Below are positions 12,842-23,605 of a DNA stretch of 51,600 bases, one piece after another. The stretch covers positions 1-51,600 of the forward strand of contig JACRCW010000033.1 in the NCBI GenBank assembly GCA_016218805.1, in the 5' to 3' direction. Every line of letters begins with the position of its first letter. Positions within the stretch are counted from its first letter, which is position 1. The position numbers and the translations under genes were made by a program. The notes under the pieces were generated by a model, which saw only the letters and a list, made by a program, of their open reading frames with translations, did not search any database and was not told the origin of the DNA. Origin of the DNA: Deltaproteobacteria bacterium (GTDB lineage: Bacteria > Myxococcota > JACRCW01).

Positions 12842-13468
12842 ATGGCTCGTTATACGGGTTCGGTGTGCCGCCTGTGCCGCCGCGAGAACGTCAAGCTGAT
12901 GTTGAAGGGTGACCGGTGCTATTCGGACAAGTGCGCCATTGAGCGCCGTCCGTATCCGCCGGGGCAGCACGGCCAGACGCGGAAGAAGTTCACGGACTAC
13001 GGCATCCAGCTGCGCGAAAAGCAGAAGGTCAAGCGCATCTACGGCATGCTGGAGCGCCAGTTCCGCCGCACCTACCATGACGCCGCGCGCCGCAAGGGCG
13101 TGACGGGTGAAAACCTGCTGCTGGCCCTGGAGCGCCGCGTGGACAACGTGGTGTACCGCCTGGGCTTTGCCTCCACGCACGCCGAGGCCCGCCAGATGGT
13201 GCGCCACGGCCACTTCCGCGTGAACGGCCGCAAGGTCTCCATCCCCAGCTATCAGCTGAAGGCCGGTGACGAGCTGGTCCTCAAGGACCGCTCCAAGAAG
13301 AACCAGCACATTGCGGACAACCTGGCCGCGGTGGACCGCCGCGGCAAGGTGGCGTGGCTGGAGCTGAACAAGGACGAATTCAAGGGCAAGCTGCTGCAGC
13401 TGCCGTCCCGCGAGGACGTCACCATGCCCATCCAGGAACAGCTCATTGTTGAGTTGTATTCCAAGTGA
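12842..13468 (+). CDS. rpsD: 30S ribosomal protein S4 (zinc-binding form)
   Basis: CRLCRRE...[26 protein letters not shown]. Confidence 0.99.
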   Translation: MARYTGSVCRLCRRENVKLMLKGDRCYSDKCAIERRPYPPGQHGQTRKKFTDYGIQLREKQKVKRIYGMLERQFRRTYHDAARRKGVTGENLLLALERRVDNVVYRLGFASTHAEARQMVRHGHFRVNGRKVSIPSYQLKAGDELVLKDRSKKNQHIADNLAAVDRRGKVAWLELNKDEFKGKLLQLPSREDVTMPIQEQLIVELYSK

Positions 13469-13608
13469 AATAGCCAAGGCGCCCGCGGACGCGTTGCGAA
13501 GGCGGGCGCAACTGGTGGCGGCGGGTTTCCCGGGTGGTCCGGGAGGCGCGCGCGCCGCTGGAACGTGGCCGGATCATACTCTCCGCGCCCACACCCCCGG
13601 AGTCATCC

Positions 13609-14655
<1,047 letters not shown>

Positions 14656-14712
14656 GGAAACCGGGGCCTTACCGGCCCCCATTGAGAGCGTTTACCCGCA
14701 AGGGGTGCAGTC

Positions 14713-15081
14713 ATGATTCACGGCAAAGCTGGCAAAAAGTTCTCACGCACCAAGGCCCACCGGAAGGCCCTCTTCCGCAACATGGCCACCGCGCTGCTCC
14801 GCCACGAGCGCATCCAGACCACCGAGGCCAAGGCCAAGGCGCTCCGCCCCTGGGCGGAGAAGCTCATCACGCTGGGCAAGCGTGGTGACCTGCACGCGCG
14901 CCGGTTGGCGGCGGGCCGCATGCATGACGCCGAGGTGTTGGACAAGCTGTTTGCCGAGCTGGGGCCGCGCTTCAAGAACCGCCAGGGTGGTTACACGCGG
15001 ATCCTGAAGCTGGGGCACCGGGTGGGTGACCAGGCGCCCATGGCCATCATTGAACTGGTGGACACCAGGGCCACCGGGTGA
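14713..15081 (+). CDS. rplQ: 50S ribosomal protein L17
   Basis: [10 protein letters not shown]...TTEAKAK...[15 protein letters not shown]. Confidence 0.99.
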   Translation: MIHGKAGKKFSRTKAHRKALFRNMATALLRHERIQTTEAKAKALRPWAEKLITLGKRGDLHARRLAAGRMHDAEVLDKLFAELGPRFKNRQGGYTRILKLGHRVGDQAPMAIIELVDTRATG

Positions 15082-15115
15082 GTCCGGGCCCGGTTGGACC
15101 GGGCCGAAGCAGCAG

Positions 15116-15160
15116 CGCGGGGATGGGCGCGTCGTCGACGCCCGTCCCCGCGTTCGTTTT
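15116..15160 (+). terminator. Intrinsic terminator of the ribosomal superoperon
   Basis: CGCGGGGATGGGCG / CGCCCGTCCCCGCG 14-bp stem (one G-U) followed by TTCGTTTT; a second hairpin GGCCCGGT-TGG-ACCGGGCC lies just upstream. Confidence 0.7.
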
Positions 15161-15179
15161 GGACCTGCCGCCGCTTCCG

Positions 15180-15203
15180 CCTCCCCCCGCAAGCGGGGGG
15201 AGG
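15180..15203. repeat. Short perfect palindrome (REP-like)
   Basis: CCTCCCCCCGC-AA-GCGGGGGGAGG, 11-bp perfect inverted repeat. Confidence 0.5.
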
Positions 15204-15334
15204 TCGACCCGGCGCTGGGCGCCGGGTCGGGTGGGGGGCGGGGGCAGTGGGGCGTCCGGTGGCTCCTCCCACGCGGACCGCTTCCCATCCCCGCTGAGAG
15301 CGAAGCTACCGAAGCGTGCGCGCAGGGGACCGCC

Positions 15335-16000
15335 GTGAGCCGGCCGCCGCATCAGGCTGCGCGCGACGCGCTGGTGGGGGCGGTTCTGGCCGCGGGGGAT
15401 CTGTGGACGGCGGGGCTGTGGCACCCATCCTTGTGGGCGTGGCGCATGGAGCACGCGCTGCGGCGCGGTTTTGGATCCCGCTCCGGCGCGCGCTTTGGCG
15501 CGCAGCTGGCGTCACGCCAGGTGGGGGAACCCGCCGTGGCCATGGTGCAGGGGGACACGCCCTGGAGCGTCCTGGCGCGCGTGGCGCGGGACACGGGGCT
15601 CTGCGCCGGGCAGGTGTTTGTGGACGCGGGGGCGGGGCAGGGGCTTGCGGCCGCCGTGCTGTCCGCGCTCACCGGCGCGCGCGGGTGGGCGGTGGAGCCC
15701 ATGGCGCTGCTGGGGGAGCGGGCGCGTGCGGGGTTTGCGGCGGCGCGGCTGCCGGTGACCTGGGTGCGCACCCTGGAAGAGGTCCCGGTAGCAGAATGCA
15801 CCCTGGCCTGGGGCGCCTGGACGTGCGTGGACGCGCCGTCCCGCGCCGCGCTGGAGGCCCGCCTTCTTTCCATGCGGCAGGGCGCGTGGCTGGTCACGGT
15901 CACGCACCCGGCCATCCACGCGGGGTTCGCCCGGCAGCGGGAGACGGCGCACCTGTTCCCCTGGGGCCGCGCCGAGGTCCACTGGCACTTGCGCGCTTGA
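15335..16000 (+). CDS. Putative class I SAM-dependent methyltransferase-like protein
   Basis: Motif I-like FVDAGAGQG preceded by QGDTPW and followed by ...WAVE; GTG start uncertain. Confidence 0.55.
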   Translation: MSRPPHQAARDALVGAVLAAGDLWTAGLWHPSLWAWRMEHALRRGFGSRSGARFGAQLASRQVGEPAVAMVQGDTPWSVLARVARDTGLCAGQVFVDAGAGQGLAAAVLSALTGARGWAVEPMALLGERARAGFAAARLPVTWVRTLEEVPVAECTLAWGAWTCVDAPSRAALEARLLSMRQGAWLVTVTHPAIHAGFARQRETAHLFPWGRAEVHWHLRA

Positions 16001-16055
16001 CGTCGCCACCGGGCGGGGACACAACGCGCCCCCAACCTTCCCCTGGAGGCCTCCC

Positions 16056-17198
16056 ATGGTCGATTTTGTCCTCACCCCGGAGCAGGAACAGCTGCGCAAG
16101 ACGGCGCATGAATTCGCGGAGAAGGTGATCCGCCCGCGCTCCGCGCACCACGACGAGACCGGCGAGTTCCCCACCGAGATCATCAAGAAGGCCTGGGAGA
16201 TTGGCCTGGTCAACACGCACATTCCGCAGGAATTCGGCGGGCTGGGCCTGCCGGTCTTTGACGAGGCGCTCATTGAGGAGGAGATGGGCTGGGGCTGCAC
16301 CGGCATCTCCACCGCCATCACCGCCAACACGCTGGCGCAGGCGCCGCTCATCGTTGGCGGCGGCACTGAGCTCAAGAAGAAGTACCTGGAGCCGTTCCAG
16401 GAGCGCTCCATGATGTGCAGCTACGCCGTCACGGAGCCCACCGCCGGTTCGGACGTGGCCAGCCTAAAGAGCACCGCCAGGAAGGTGGGCAATGACTACG
16501 TGCTCAACGGCCAGAAGGCGTGGATCACCGGGGCCGGCAAGGCGGACTGGTTCTTTGTGCTGGCGTACACGGACAAGGCCGCCGGTCACAAAGGCATGTC
16601 CGCGTTCATTGTGGAGAGCAAGAGCCCGGGCATCACCATTGGCAAGAAGGAACAGAACATGGGGCAGCGCGCGTCAGACACGCGCGGCATCACGTTTGAG
16701 GACGTGAAGGTGCCCGCGGAGAACCTGGTGGGCGGCGAAGGCCAGGGATTCCGCCTGGCCATGGCGGCCTTTGACCACACCCGCCCGCTGGTGGCGGCGG
16801 GCGCGGTGGGCCTGTCCCGCGCGGCCATGGAACACGCCATTGAATACGCCAAGACGCGCAAGACCTTTGGGGTGCCCATTGCGGAGCACCAGGCCATTTC
16901 GTTCATGGTGGCGGACATGGCCACCGAGATTGAAGGCGCGCGCCTGCTGACCTGGCGCGCGGCCTGGGAGATTGACCAGGGGCGGCGCAACACCAAGTTT
17001 GCGGCGTTTGCCAAGCGCTTTGCCGCGGACACCGCCATGAAGGTGGCCACCGACGCGGTGCAGGTGTTTGGCGGCAACGGCTTCAACCGGGAATACCCCG
17101 TGGAGAAGCTGATGCGTGACGCGAAGATCTTCCAGATCTACGAAGGCACCAGCCAGATCCAGCGCCTCATCATTGCCCGTGAATTGTTCGTTCGCTGA
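16056..17198 (+). CDS. Acyl-CoA dehydrogenase
   Basis: [47 protein letters not shown]. Confidence 0.97.
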   Translation: MVDFVLTPEQEQLRKTAHEFAEKVIRPRSAHHDETGEFPTEIIKKAWEIGLVNTHIPQEFGGLGLPVFDEALIEEEMGWGCTGISTAITANTLAQAPLIVGGGTELKKKYLEPFQERSMMCSYAVTEPTAGSDVASLKSTARKVGNDYVLNGQKAWITGAGKADWFFVLAYTDKAAGHKGMSAFIVESKSPGITIGKKEQNMGQRASDTRGITFEDVKVPAENLVGGEGQGFRLAMAAFDHTRPLVAAGAVGLSRAAMEHAIEYAKTRKTFGVPIAEHQAISFMVADMATEIEGARLLTWRAAWEIDQGRRNTKFAAFAKRFAADTAMKVATDAVQVFGGNGFNREYPVEKLMRDAKIFQIYEGTSQIQRLIIARELFVR

Positions 17199-17212
17199 AG
17201 GAGGAACCCGCC

Positions 17213-17752
17213 ATGACCCGTCACCCCCTGATTCCCGTTGTCCTGTCCGTTGCGCTGGGCGCGTGCGCCGGCATCACCGTCAACACCGGCAACCCGCGCC
17301 CCAACATCAACATCGCCAAGAGCGAACAGAAGATGAAGCTGGAGCTGGGCACCGACGTGCGCGACACGTTCAAACAGCCCGGCACCAACAACATGGCGGA
17401 GTTTGAGGTGAAGGGCTGGCACGGGACCCTGAAGAACGGGTTCAAGAACGGGTTTGGGAAGTTCTTCACGCTGGTGGATGATGGACAGGAGCTGTCCCTG
17501 CAGGTGGAGACGGCGGAGCTGTCCTTTGTGCCGGCGGCGGTGGCGGCAGACGGGAACACCGCCGCGGTGCGCGCGCAGGTGCGCTTCAGCGCCAACCTGG
17601 TGGACCCCACCGGCAACGTGGTGAAGCGCATGGCGGGCACCGCGGAGTCCAAGCAGTCCACCGGTGATCGCGGTGAGACCGGCCGCATTGCGGATGGCGC
17701 CGTGGAGTCCATGTACGAGGCCATCGCCGCCGAGGCGTTCGCCACCAAGTAG
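17213..17752 (+). CDS. Hypothetical lipoprotein
   Basis: Lipobox ALGAC; strong GAAGGAGG RBS; host-like codon usage. Confidence 0.8.
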   Translation: MTRHPLIPVVLSVALGACAGITVNTGNPRPNINIAKSEQKMKLELGTDVRDTFKQPGTNNMAEFEVKGWHGTLKNGFKNGFGKFFTLVDDGQELSLQVETAELSFVPAAVAADGNTAAVRAQVRFSANLVDPTGNVVKRMAGTAESKQSTGDRGETGRIADGAVESMYEAIAAEAFATK

Positions 17753-17753
17753 G

Positions 17754-18803
17754 ATGCCCATGGGCTGGCTCACCGCGTTGTGGTGCGTGGCCGCCCAGGC
17801 GCCACCGGCAGCGTCCCCGGACGTGGTGCTGGTCCTTCCCATTGAGTCCCGCACCCCCGCGCTGGCTGACGAAGCGGATCTGCTGACCACCGCACTGGCG
17901 GACGCGCTGCGCAAGCAGTCCGGCTGGAAGGTGGTGACCCTGCGCGACGTGGAAGGCGCGCTCAACCTGGAGATGAAGAAGCAGCTGGCGGGCTGCGGGA
18001 CGGCCTCCTGCGCGGCGGAGATTGCCGGGGCGCTCAACACCGACCAGGTGGTGCTGGGCACGTTGGGCACCGTGGGCGAAAACAACATGCTGCTGAGCCT
18101 GTCCCGCATGAAGGCCGGCACCGCGGCCATCCTGGGGAGCGCCACGCTGCGCATCCGCTCGCATGACCCGGGCGAGGTCCTGGACGCGATGCCCGGCGCG
18201 GTGGCGGAGCTGCTGGGCCACGCGGGTGCGGTGCCGCCGCCGACGTCAACGACGCCGGCGAACGTGCTTGGCGCGGTGGTCACGCCGGCCCGTCCGGATC
18301 CCGCGCCACGGCCCCGCCGGATCCACGCCGATCACGTTGAAGTGGACCGCTTCATGACGCCGCTGCTGGGCCCGCAGCGCGAGGAACTCACCTGGCCGGG
18401 TTTCTACACGCGCGTGGGCCACCCGGAGCTGGCCGCCGCGTACTCCGCCCGCACGGCGTTCCGGTGGGGACTGCGCGTCGCCGCGGTGCTGCTCATCCTC
18501 GCGGGGATTCCCGCCATTCCCGCGGCGTCTTTGGTGGCCACCGGTCTGATGCTGGGCGTGGGCGTGTCACCGGTGTGGCTGCCCCAACAGGGCGGTCTGG
18601 CGCTGGTGGGCGGGGTGGTGGTGGCCGGCGTGCTGGCCATGGTGGGGCTGATCCTGGGCGGGGCGCTGGCCCTGGTGGGGGCCATCCTGGGCGGCGTGGG
18701 GTTGTTCCTGTGGGCCGCGCTGATGGACCCACAGCCCGCCAGCGACGAGGAAATCCGCTCTATCGCCGAGGCGCACAACCGCAAACTGGACGAATCACCC
18801 TGA
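17754..18803 (+). CDS. Hypothetical exported/membrane protein
   Basis: Signal-like N-terminus, alpha/beta domain with GCGTASCAAEIAGAL (myxobacterial-type CxxxxC), two C-terminal hydrophobic segments. Confidence 0.7.
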   Translation: MPMGWLTALWCVAAQAPPAASPDVVLVLPIESRTPALADEADLLTTALADALRKQSGWKVVTLRDVEGALNLEMKKQLAGCGTASCAAEIAGALNTDQVVLGTLGTVGENNMLLSLSRMKAGTAAILGSATLRIRSHDPGEVLDAMPGAVAELLGHAGAVPPPTSTTPANVLGAVVTPARPDPAPRPRRIHADHVEVDRFMTPLLGPQREELTWPGFYTRVGHPELAAAYSARTAFRWGLRVAAVLLILAGIPAIPAASLVATGLMLGVGVSPVWLPQQGGLALVGGVVVAGVLAMVGLILGGALALVGAILGGVGLFLWAALMDPQPASDEEIRSIAEAHNRKLDESP

Positions 18804-18810
18804 AAATGGC

Positions 18811-19338
18811 TCATTCAATGGTGATGGGCCGCGGGCGCTTCTTCAGCTTGCGGCGGTCCACGCGGTCCGCGCCCAGCGCGTGCCCGTGCAGCAGGGACTC
18901 CACCAGCGCAGCGTCGGCGGGTGGGAAGGACAGGCCGCGCAACTCCTCGGAGGTGATCCAGCGCAGGTCCGCCACTTCAATCTTCTGCGGCTCGCCCAGC
19001 AGGTGGCAGGCGTAGACGCGGAAATCCAGGGTGAATCCCCGGTATTCGTGGATGATGGCAAACACCCGGTCCGTGACCCGGCAGTCCACGCCCAGTTCCT
19101 CGCCGATTTCGCGCTTGAGGGCGGCGCGGTCACCTTCCCCGGGCTCCACCTTGCCGCCGGGGAACTCCCACAGGCCGCCCATGGGGCCGCCCTCCGGGCG
19201 CTGCGTGACCAGGAAGCGCCCGTCCGGGCGCCGGCAATAGGCGGCCACCACGCGCAGCCGGCGCGGGCGGAACCGGCGGCGGTCACCGTCGCCCGGGGGC
19301 GGGGGAGGCGGGGGCGGGGGCGGCGGGAAGAACGTCAC
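18811..19338 (-). CDS. mutT: MutT-family (deoxy)nucleoside triphosphate pyrophosphohydrolase
   Basis: GLWEFPGGKVEPGE..AALKREIGEELG Nudix box, C-terminal FPPAD; GTGA overlap with upstream gene stop. Confidence 0.85.
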   Translation of the reverse strand: MTFFPPPPPPPPPPPGDGDRRRFRPRRLRVVAAYCRRPDGRFLVTQRPEGGPMGGLWEFPGGKVEPGEGDRAALKREIGEELGVDCRVTDRVFAIIHEYRGFTLDFRVYACHLLGEPQKIEVADLRWITSEELRGLSFPPADAALVESLLHGHALGADRVDRRKLKKRPRPITIE

Positions 19339-20636
19339 CACGGCGCGCGCTGGGCCGCCGCGGGACCGGAATACCGGTCGCTCAGCGCGTGCAGCCACCC
19401 TCCGTTGGACAGCAGGAACAGCAGGTTGCCGTAGATGGCCGGCGCACCGGTGAAACCGGGCTTGCCGCCGTAATACTGCAGCGGGCGTCCGTCCGTGGCG
19501 TTGAGCACGCACAGTGCGCCAGCGTCATTGGATACCAGCACGCGCCCGCGGTGCAGCACCGGCCGTGACGCGCCGCCCTTGTCAAAGCTGTACTTCCACC
19601 GCACCTTCCCGTCCGCGCGGGACAGCGCCACCACCTGGCGCGGCCCGGCTACGACAATGAGGTTGGCCCCCACGGTCATGCGGTTGACGCCGTCCACCTT
19701 GTCCGTGCTCCAGCGCGTGGCACCGCTGAGCGGGTCCAGCGCGTGCACGCCGCCGTGAAAGGCCGCGGCGTACAGCGTACCCGCGTCGTACGCCAGGTCC
19801 GCGTCCACGTCGAGGAAGTCATCTCCGCGGCCAATGGGCGTGTTCCACAGCGCGTGGCCGTCCTCCACCTCAAGTGCGCTCACCGTGCCGTCCGCGTGGC
19901 CGGCAAACACCACGTGCAGCGGTTCATCTCCTTCGCGCAGCACCACGCCGGCGGCGGGCGCGGACTCACCCAGCAGCGAAATCCCGACCGGGAGCGGGTG
20001 GCGCGCCTGCCACAGCCATTCGCCGGTGGCGCGGCGCAGGGCCACCACCGTGTCCTGCCCGGTGTGCGCAAACACCCGGTCACCCATCACGGTGACCGGC
20101 GCGGTGACCTCCGCGTCCAGCTGGGTGCGCCAGTTGAGGTGCCCGGTGCCCTTGCGAAGGCTGGACACGCCACCGTCGTCGGCGCCCACCAGCACGTTTT
20201 CGCCGTCCAGCACCGGGGCGGAAGAAACGCGGCCTTCCGTCCGGTACTTCCAGATGACTTCGCCGCTGCGGATGGAGACGCCGTAGAAGTGGCGGTCAGA
20301 GGTGCCCACCAGGACCAGCCCGGTGGAGGGGTCAATGACGGGGCTGGCCAGTTCGCGGCGGTTCCACGCGGCGCCCTGGGTGATCACCTCCAGCACGTTG
20401 GCGTTGCCGCTCTCCTGCTTGACCAGGCGCGTGACGTACATGGGCCCGTAGACCAGGCGCGCGTCCGGCGCCGCGCCGCGCGGGGTGGGGCGCACGGGGT
20501 CCCGCCAGTCCAGCGGGGACCGGTCCAGGGACGGTTCGCCCAGCCACGCCGGGAGTTCCACGCCAAACGGCTTGGCCCCCAGGGCAAACACCATCAGGAC
20601 CGCCGTTCCGGCAGGGCGCAGCGCGCGGCGGGTCAT
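19335..20636 (-). CDS. BamB-like PQQ-type beta-propeller repeat protein
   Basis: Repeated ...ALD..SG...W blades; lies directly downstream of a YfgM-like gene (yfgM-bamB synteny). Confidence 0.85.
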   Translation of the reverse strand: MTRRALRPAGTAVLMVFALGAKPFGVELPAWLGEPSLDRSPLDWRDPVRPTPRGAAPDARLVYGPMYVTRLVKQESGNANVLEVITQGAAWNRRELASPVIDPSTGLVLVGTSDRHFYGVSIRSGEVIWKYRTEGRVSSAPVLDGENVLVGADDGGVSSLRKGTGHLNWRTQLDAEVTAPVTVMGDRVFAHTGQDTVVALRRATGEWLWQARHPLPVGISLLGESAPAAGVVLREGDEPLHVVFAGHADGTVSALEVEDGHALWNTPIGRGDDFLDVDADLAYDAGTLYAAAFHGGVHALDPLSGATRWSTDKVDGVNRMTVGANLIVVAGPRQVVALSRADGKVRWKYSFDKGGASRPVLHRGRVLVSNDAGALCVLNATDGRPLQYYGGKPGFTGAPAIYGNLLFLLSNGGWLHALSDRYSGPAAAQRAPW

Positions 20637-20637
20637 G

Positions 20638-21411
20638 TCAGTTGGCCGCCAGCAGCTCTTCAGCGCGCGCCTTGAGGGGCGAGGTTTCAAAGTCCTTTTC
20701 CTTGCTGAGCTTGCCCAGCAGGTCCTTGCCCTTGGTCTTGTCCGCAGCGTCGGCGCTGCCCACCAGGATCCGGCCCGCGTTGAAGTAGCCGATGTCGCGG
20801 CCCTGCTTGCCGGGGAGGGTGACCATCTCCTCAAACGTCTTGGCGGCGTCCTTGGTGTCGCCCTTGGCTTCCTGGGCGGAGGCCAGGCCCTGCAGGCCCA
20901 CCCAGCGCATGGCGTCGGAGGCGGAGGTGTCGCGGATGAACTTCTGGTAAGCGGTGATGGCGTCGGCGTATTCGCCCAGGTGGGCGTGGGTGTCAGCCAG
21001 GTAGAGCAGGGCCAGGCGGCCCGCGCCGTTGCCGGCGTGCTTGTCGGCCACGGGTTTGAGCGCGTCCCGTGCGGCGGTCCACTTCTCCTTGGCGGTGGCG
21101 AAGGGTTTTTCGTCTTCGGCGGTGGCGTCAGGTGCGGAGACGGCGGAGACGGGGCGGTGGTAGGGCTTGAGGGCGCGGTAGAGGTCCAGGGAGGCTTCCG
21201 AGTTGCGGCTGCCTTGGTACCAGGAGAGCGCGCCCACGAGTGCGGCGCCGCCGAACAGGACGGCGATCCCGGTGAGGACGGTCTGGCTGTTGTCCTGGAG
21301 CCACTGGAAGGCGCGGCCGGTGGTGGAGATGAACTCGTCAGGCTTGAGGAGTTCTTTCTTCTCCTGTTTCTCTGCGTCTTTGTCCTGTTGGGTCTTGAGT
21401 TTCTGGACCAC
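20638..21411 (-). CDS. YfgM-like TPR membrane protein (ancillary SecYEG subunit family)
   Basis: KELLKPDEF, one TM helix, TPR-like helices (LALLYLAD..AHLGEYADAITAYQKF). Confidence 0.8.
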   Translation of the reverse strand: MVQKLKTQQDKDAEKQEKKELLKPDEFISTTGRAFQWLQDNSQTVLTGIAVLFGGAALVGALSWYQGSRNSEASLDLYRALKPYHRPVSAVSAPDATAEDEKPFATAKEKWTAARDALKPVADKHAGNGAGRLALLYLADTHAHLGEYADAITAYQKFIRDTSASDAMRWVGLQGLASAQEAKGDTKDAAKTFEEMVTLPGKQGRDIGYFNAGRILVGSADAADKTKGKDLLGKLSKEKDFETSPLKARAEELLAAN

Positions 21412-21449
21412 GGCGGCGGCCTCGTCTGGTGGGTGGCGAAAGGGCTGGC

Positions 21450-21479
21450 AGGCTAGGAAGGCGCGGACGACGGTGTCAA
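21450..21479 (-). promoter_or_regulatory. Putative sigma70 promoter for the yfgM-bamB-mutT operon
   Basis: Minus strand TTGACA, 18 nt spacer, TAGCCT, about 40 nt upstream of the GTG start. Confidence 0.55.
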
Positions 21480-21671
21480 GTAGGACCGGCCCGCGCTGCA
21501 GGGACGCCGGTCCCACAACCCACAAACAGGCCCAAACCCTGCGCCGCGTTTACCCCCGGCTCCGCTTCCACATCATCATGGCGCCGGCACAACCTCTCAA
21601 GGCCGCAGGGCGGCGCGGGCTTGTGACAAGGAGAAGAATGGGTCTGCGACCGGCGGGGACGCCGGTCCTAC
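21480..21671. repeat. Pair of GTAG-type REP-like elements in inverted orientation
   Basis: 21480-21516 GTAGGACCGGC...GCCGGTCCCAC; 21648-21671 reads GTAGGACCGGCGTCCCCGCCGGTC on the minus strand. Confidence 0.65.
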
Positions 21672-21821
21672 ACGCAGGACCAACTCCGCTTCCACATCAC
21701 CAGGGCGCCGGCACAAGGGCCAGTCACAAGCAGCGAGGCGATTCAATCCTGAGCCACCCCATGATTGCCAAACAACCGCGCCGCGTTTCCCCCCAGCACC
21801 GCTTCCACGTCGTCAGGGCGC
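21532..21821. repeat. Three degenerate direct copies of the amidohydrolase 3' end
   Basis: CTCCGCTTCCACATCA(T/C)CA(T/G)GGCGCCGGCACAA at 21560 and 21684 (33 bp, 2 mismatches); both resemble coding sequence at 21768-21821. Confidence 0.75.
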
Positions 21822-22636
21822 AGCGCCAGCGCCGCGGTGCGGCGCAACTCGCGATCCCACGCGTACGGGAGATTGGGAAAATCCGTGCCGTACAAAACGC
21901 GGTCCGGCCGCGCCTCCACCAGGCGCCGCGGATTCTCAATCGCGAAGTAATCCGCCAACACCATGGTCGTGTCCAGCCACAGATTGTCGTGCTTTTCCAG
22001 TAACTCCGCATATCCGTTAAATTCATCCGCTCCCAGGTGCGGGACCACCAGCCGCAGCCGCGGGTGATCCCGCAGCACGCGGTCCACCTTCCAGGCCGCG
22101 CACGTTTCACGCGGGTCCACGGGGTAGGCCGGGCTGTACGGCTGCCGCCCCGCGTGCATCACCAGCGGCAGGTCCAGCCGCTCACACGCCGCGTAGATCT
22201 CCTCCATGGCCGGCAGGTCCGGCCCAAACCCCTGCACGTGACAATGCAGCTTCACGCCGCGCAGCCCCAGCGCGTGCGCGTCCTCCAGGATCTTCACCGC
22301 GCCGTGTTCGCCGGGGAACACGGTGGCGGTGCCGGTCACCCACGGATGTTCCCGCGCCACCGCGGCAACGTAGGCATTGAGCCCAGCAGCCATTCCCGGC
22401 TTATGTGCGTAGTGCAGCGCCACCACGCGCTTGACCCCGCGCGCGCGCAGGAACGCGAGCACGCCCTCCGTGTGCAACCGGTAGCGGATGGGCCACGCGT
22501 TGACATCAAACCAGCGCCACAGTGCGTGGAAGACGCGGTCCGGGAACAGGTGCACGTGCGCGTCCACCACCGGCGGAAGGTCTGCGGCCACCGCGGCGCC
22601 TTCCTCGTCGTCCAGGGCGCGCAGCGGGAGCTCCAT
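21743..22636 (-). CDS. Amidohydrolase family protein (Amidohydro_2)
   Basis: DAHVH, GVKLH, MHAG, VPHLG, LYGTDFP motifs. Confidence 0.93.
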   Translation of the reverse strand: MELPLRALDDEEGAAVAADLPPVVDAHVHLFPDRVFHALWRWFDVNAWPIRYRLHTEGVLAFLRARGVKRVVALHYAHKPGMAAGLNAYVAAVAREHPWVTGTATVFPGEHGAVKILEDAHALGLRGVKLHCHVQGFGPDLPAMEEIYAACERLDLPLVMHAGRQPYSPAYPVDPRETCAAWKVDRVLRDHPRLRLVVPHLGADEFNGYAELLEKHDNLWLDTTMVLADYFAIENPRRLVEARPDRVLYGTDFPNLPYAWDRELRRTAALALRPDDVEAVLGGNAARLFGNHGVAQD

Positions 22637-22786
22637 GCCGGAGTTGGCGCCCAGCGTGTGGCAGCAGGGAAGGGGCAGGTCCGCGGCCGCGGTGGGCGGG
22701 TGGAGCATGCCCCCGGGTGTTCCACGCGCGCCGCGCCGCGTGCAACGTTGCGGCGGCGGGCCGGCGGCGCCTACATCACGGCGGTG

Positions 22787-23605
22787 ATGTTCCCTGCACC
22801 GCTGGTTGCTCTGCTCGCCGTGGCCGGCGCGGCCCCACCGGGTGTGCTGCATTCCGCGCGCGCGGGCAGTGTGGAGATCCGCTGGCTGGCCGCGGCAGGC
22901 CGCCCCACAGAATGCGCCGCCATGCAGTTCCACGTTGGGGGCCGCCGTGCCGGGGGGGACCGGTTTTCCGCCGCCTGTTCCCCGGTGCGTGACGTCTTCT
23001 CTCCGGGCGGACGCTGGGCGCTGTTCCTGCTTTCACCGTCCGGGCCGTTCCACGTGGTGTCCGCCGCGTCCCTGCCGGCGTACGCGGAGGGGGGCATGCC
23101 GGACGCGGTGGTCTACCCCGCCGAACCGCCGGGCATGCCCCCCAGTCCCGCGCGGCAGGTTGCGTTTCTTGGTTGGCGCGGAACGGACGCCTTTGAAATG
23201 CTGGGAAAGGCGGACGGCGCGGTGGAGCGGTTCACGTACAACGCGGACACCGGCCGGGCGGTTCCAACGTGTTTGCTGGACGGGTACCGCCGCCGTTGCG
23301 CGTTTCCATCCCCCGGCGGTGAATACACGGTTTTTGTTCCGCGGGACGGATTCCACGTGGTGGCAAAGGGCGCCATTCCCGGTTTTCTTGCCGGGACGGG
23401 GGGCGGAACGCGCTTTCCCGCGGCCTTGCCCGCAGGCCTGGTGCGGCCGGTGTTCCAGCGTTGGGACGGACCGGGGGCCGTGGTGATCCACGCGGTGGAT
23501 GCAGCCGGCCAGGCGGTGGAACTGGTGTTTTCCCCTGCAACGGGGACCTTCACCGCCCCGCGCGTGGTGGAGGTCAGCTGGACGGGGTGGCCCGCCTCGC
23601 CCTGA
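22787..23605 (+). CDS. Hypothetical exported protein
   Basis: Signal-like N-terminus; internal repeat FSPGGRWALF..FHVV / PSPGGEYTVF..FHVV. Confidence 0.6.
   Translation: MFPAPLVALLAVAGAAPPGVLHSARAGSVEIRWLAAAGRPTECAAMQFHVGGRRAGGDRFSAACSPVRDVFSPGGRWALFLLSPSGPFHVVSAASLPAYAEGGMPDAVVYPAEPPGMPPSPARQVAFLGWRGTDAFEMLGKADGAVERFTYNADTGRAVPTCLLDGYRRRCAFPSPGGEYTVFVPRDGFHVVAKGAIPGFLAGTGGGTRFPAALPAGLVRPVFQRWDGPGAVVIHAVDAAGQAVELVFSPATGTFTAPRVVEVSWTGWPASP

Noticed and set aside
13552..13580. Internal promoter for rpoA (CATACT)
   Set aside because: No acceptable -35 at the proper spacing; too weak to call.
21480..21821. Mini CRISPR array or DGR template/variable repeat
   Set aside because: Repeats are degenerate copies of a coding end with irregular spacing; there are no cas or reverse transcriptase genes, and mismatches are not adenine-restricted.
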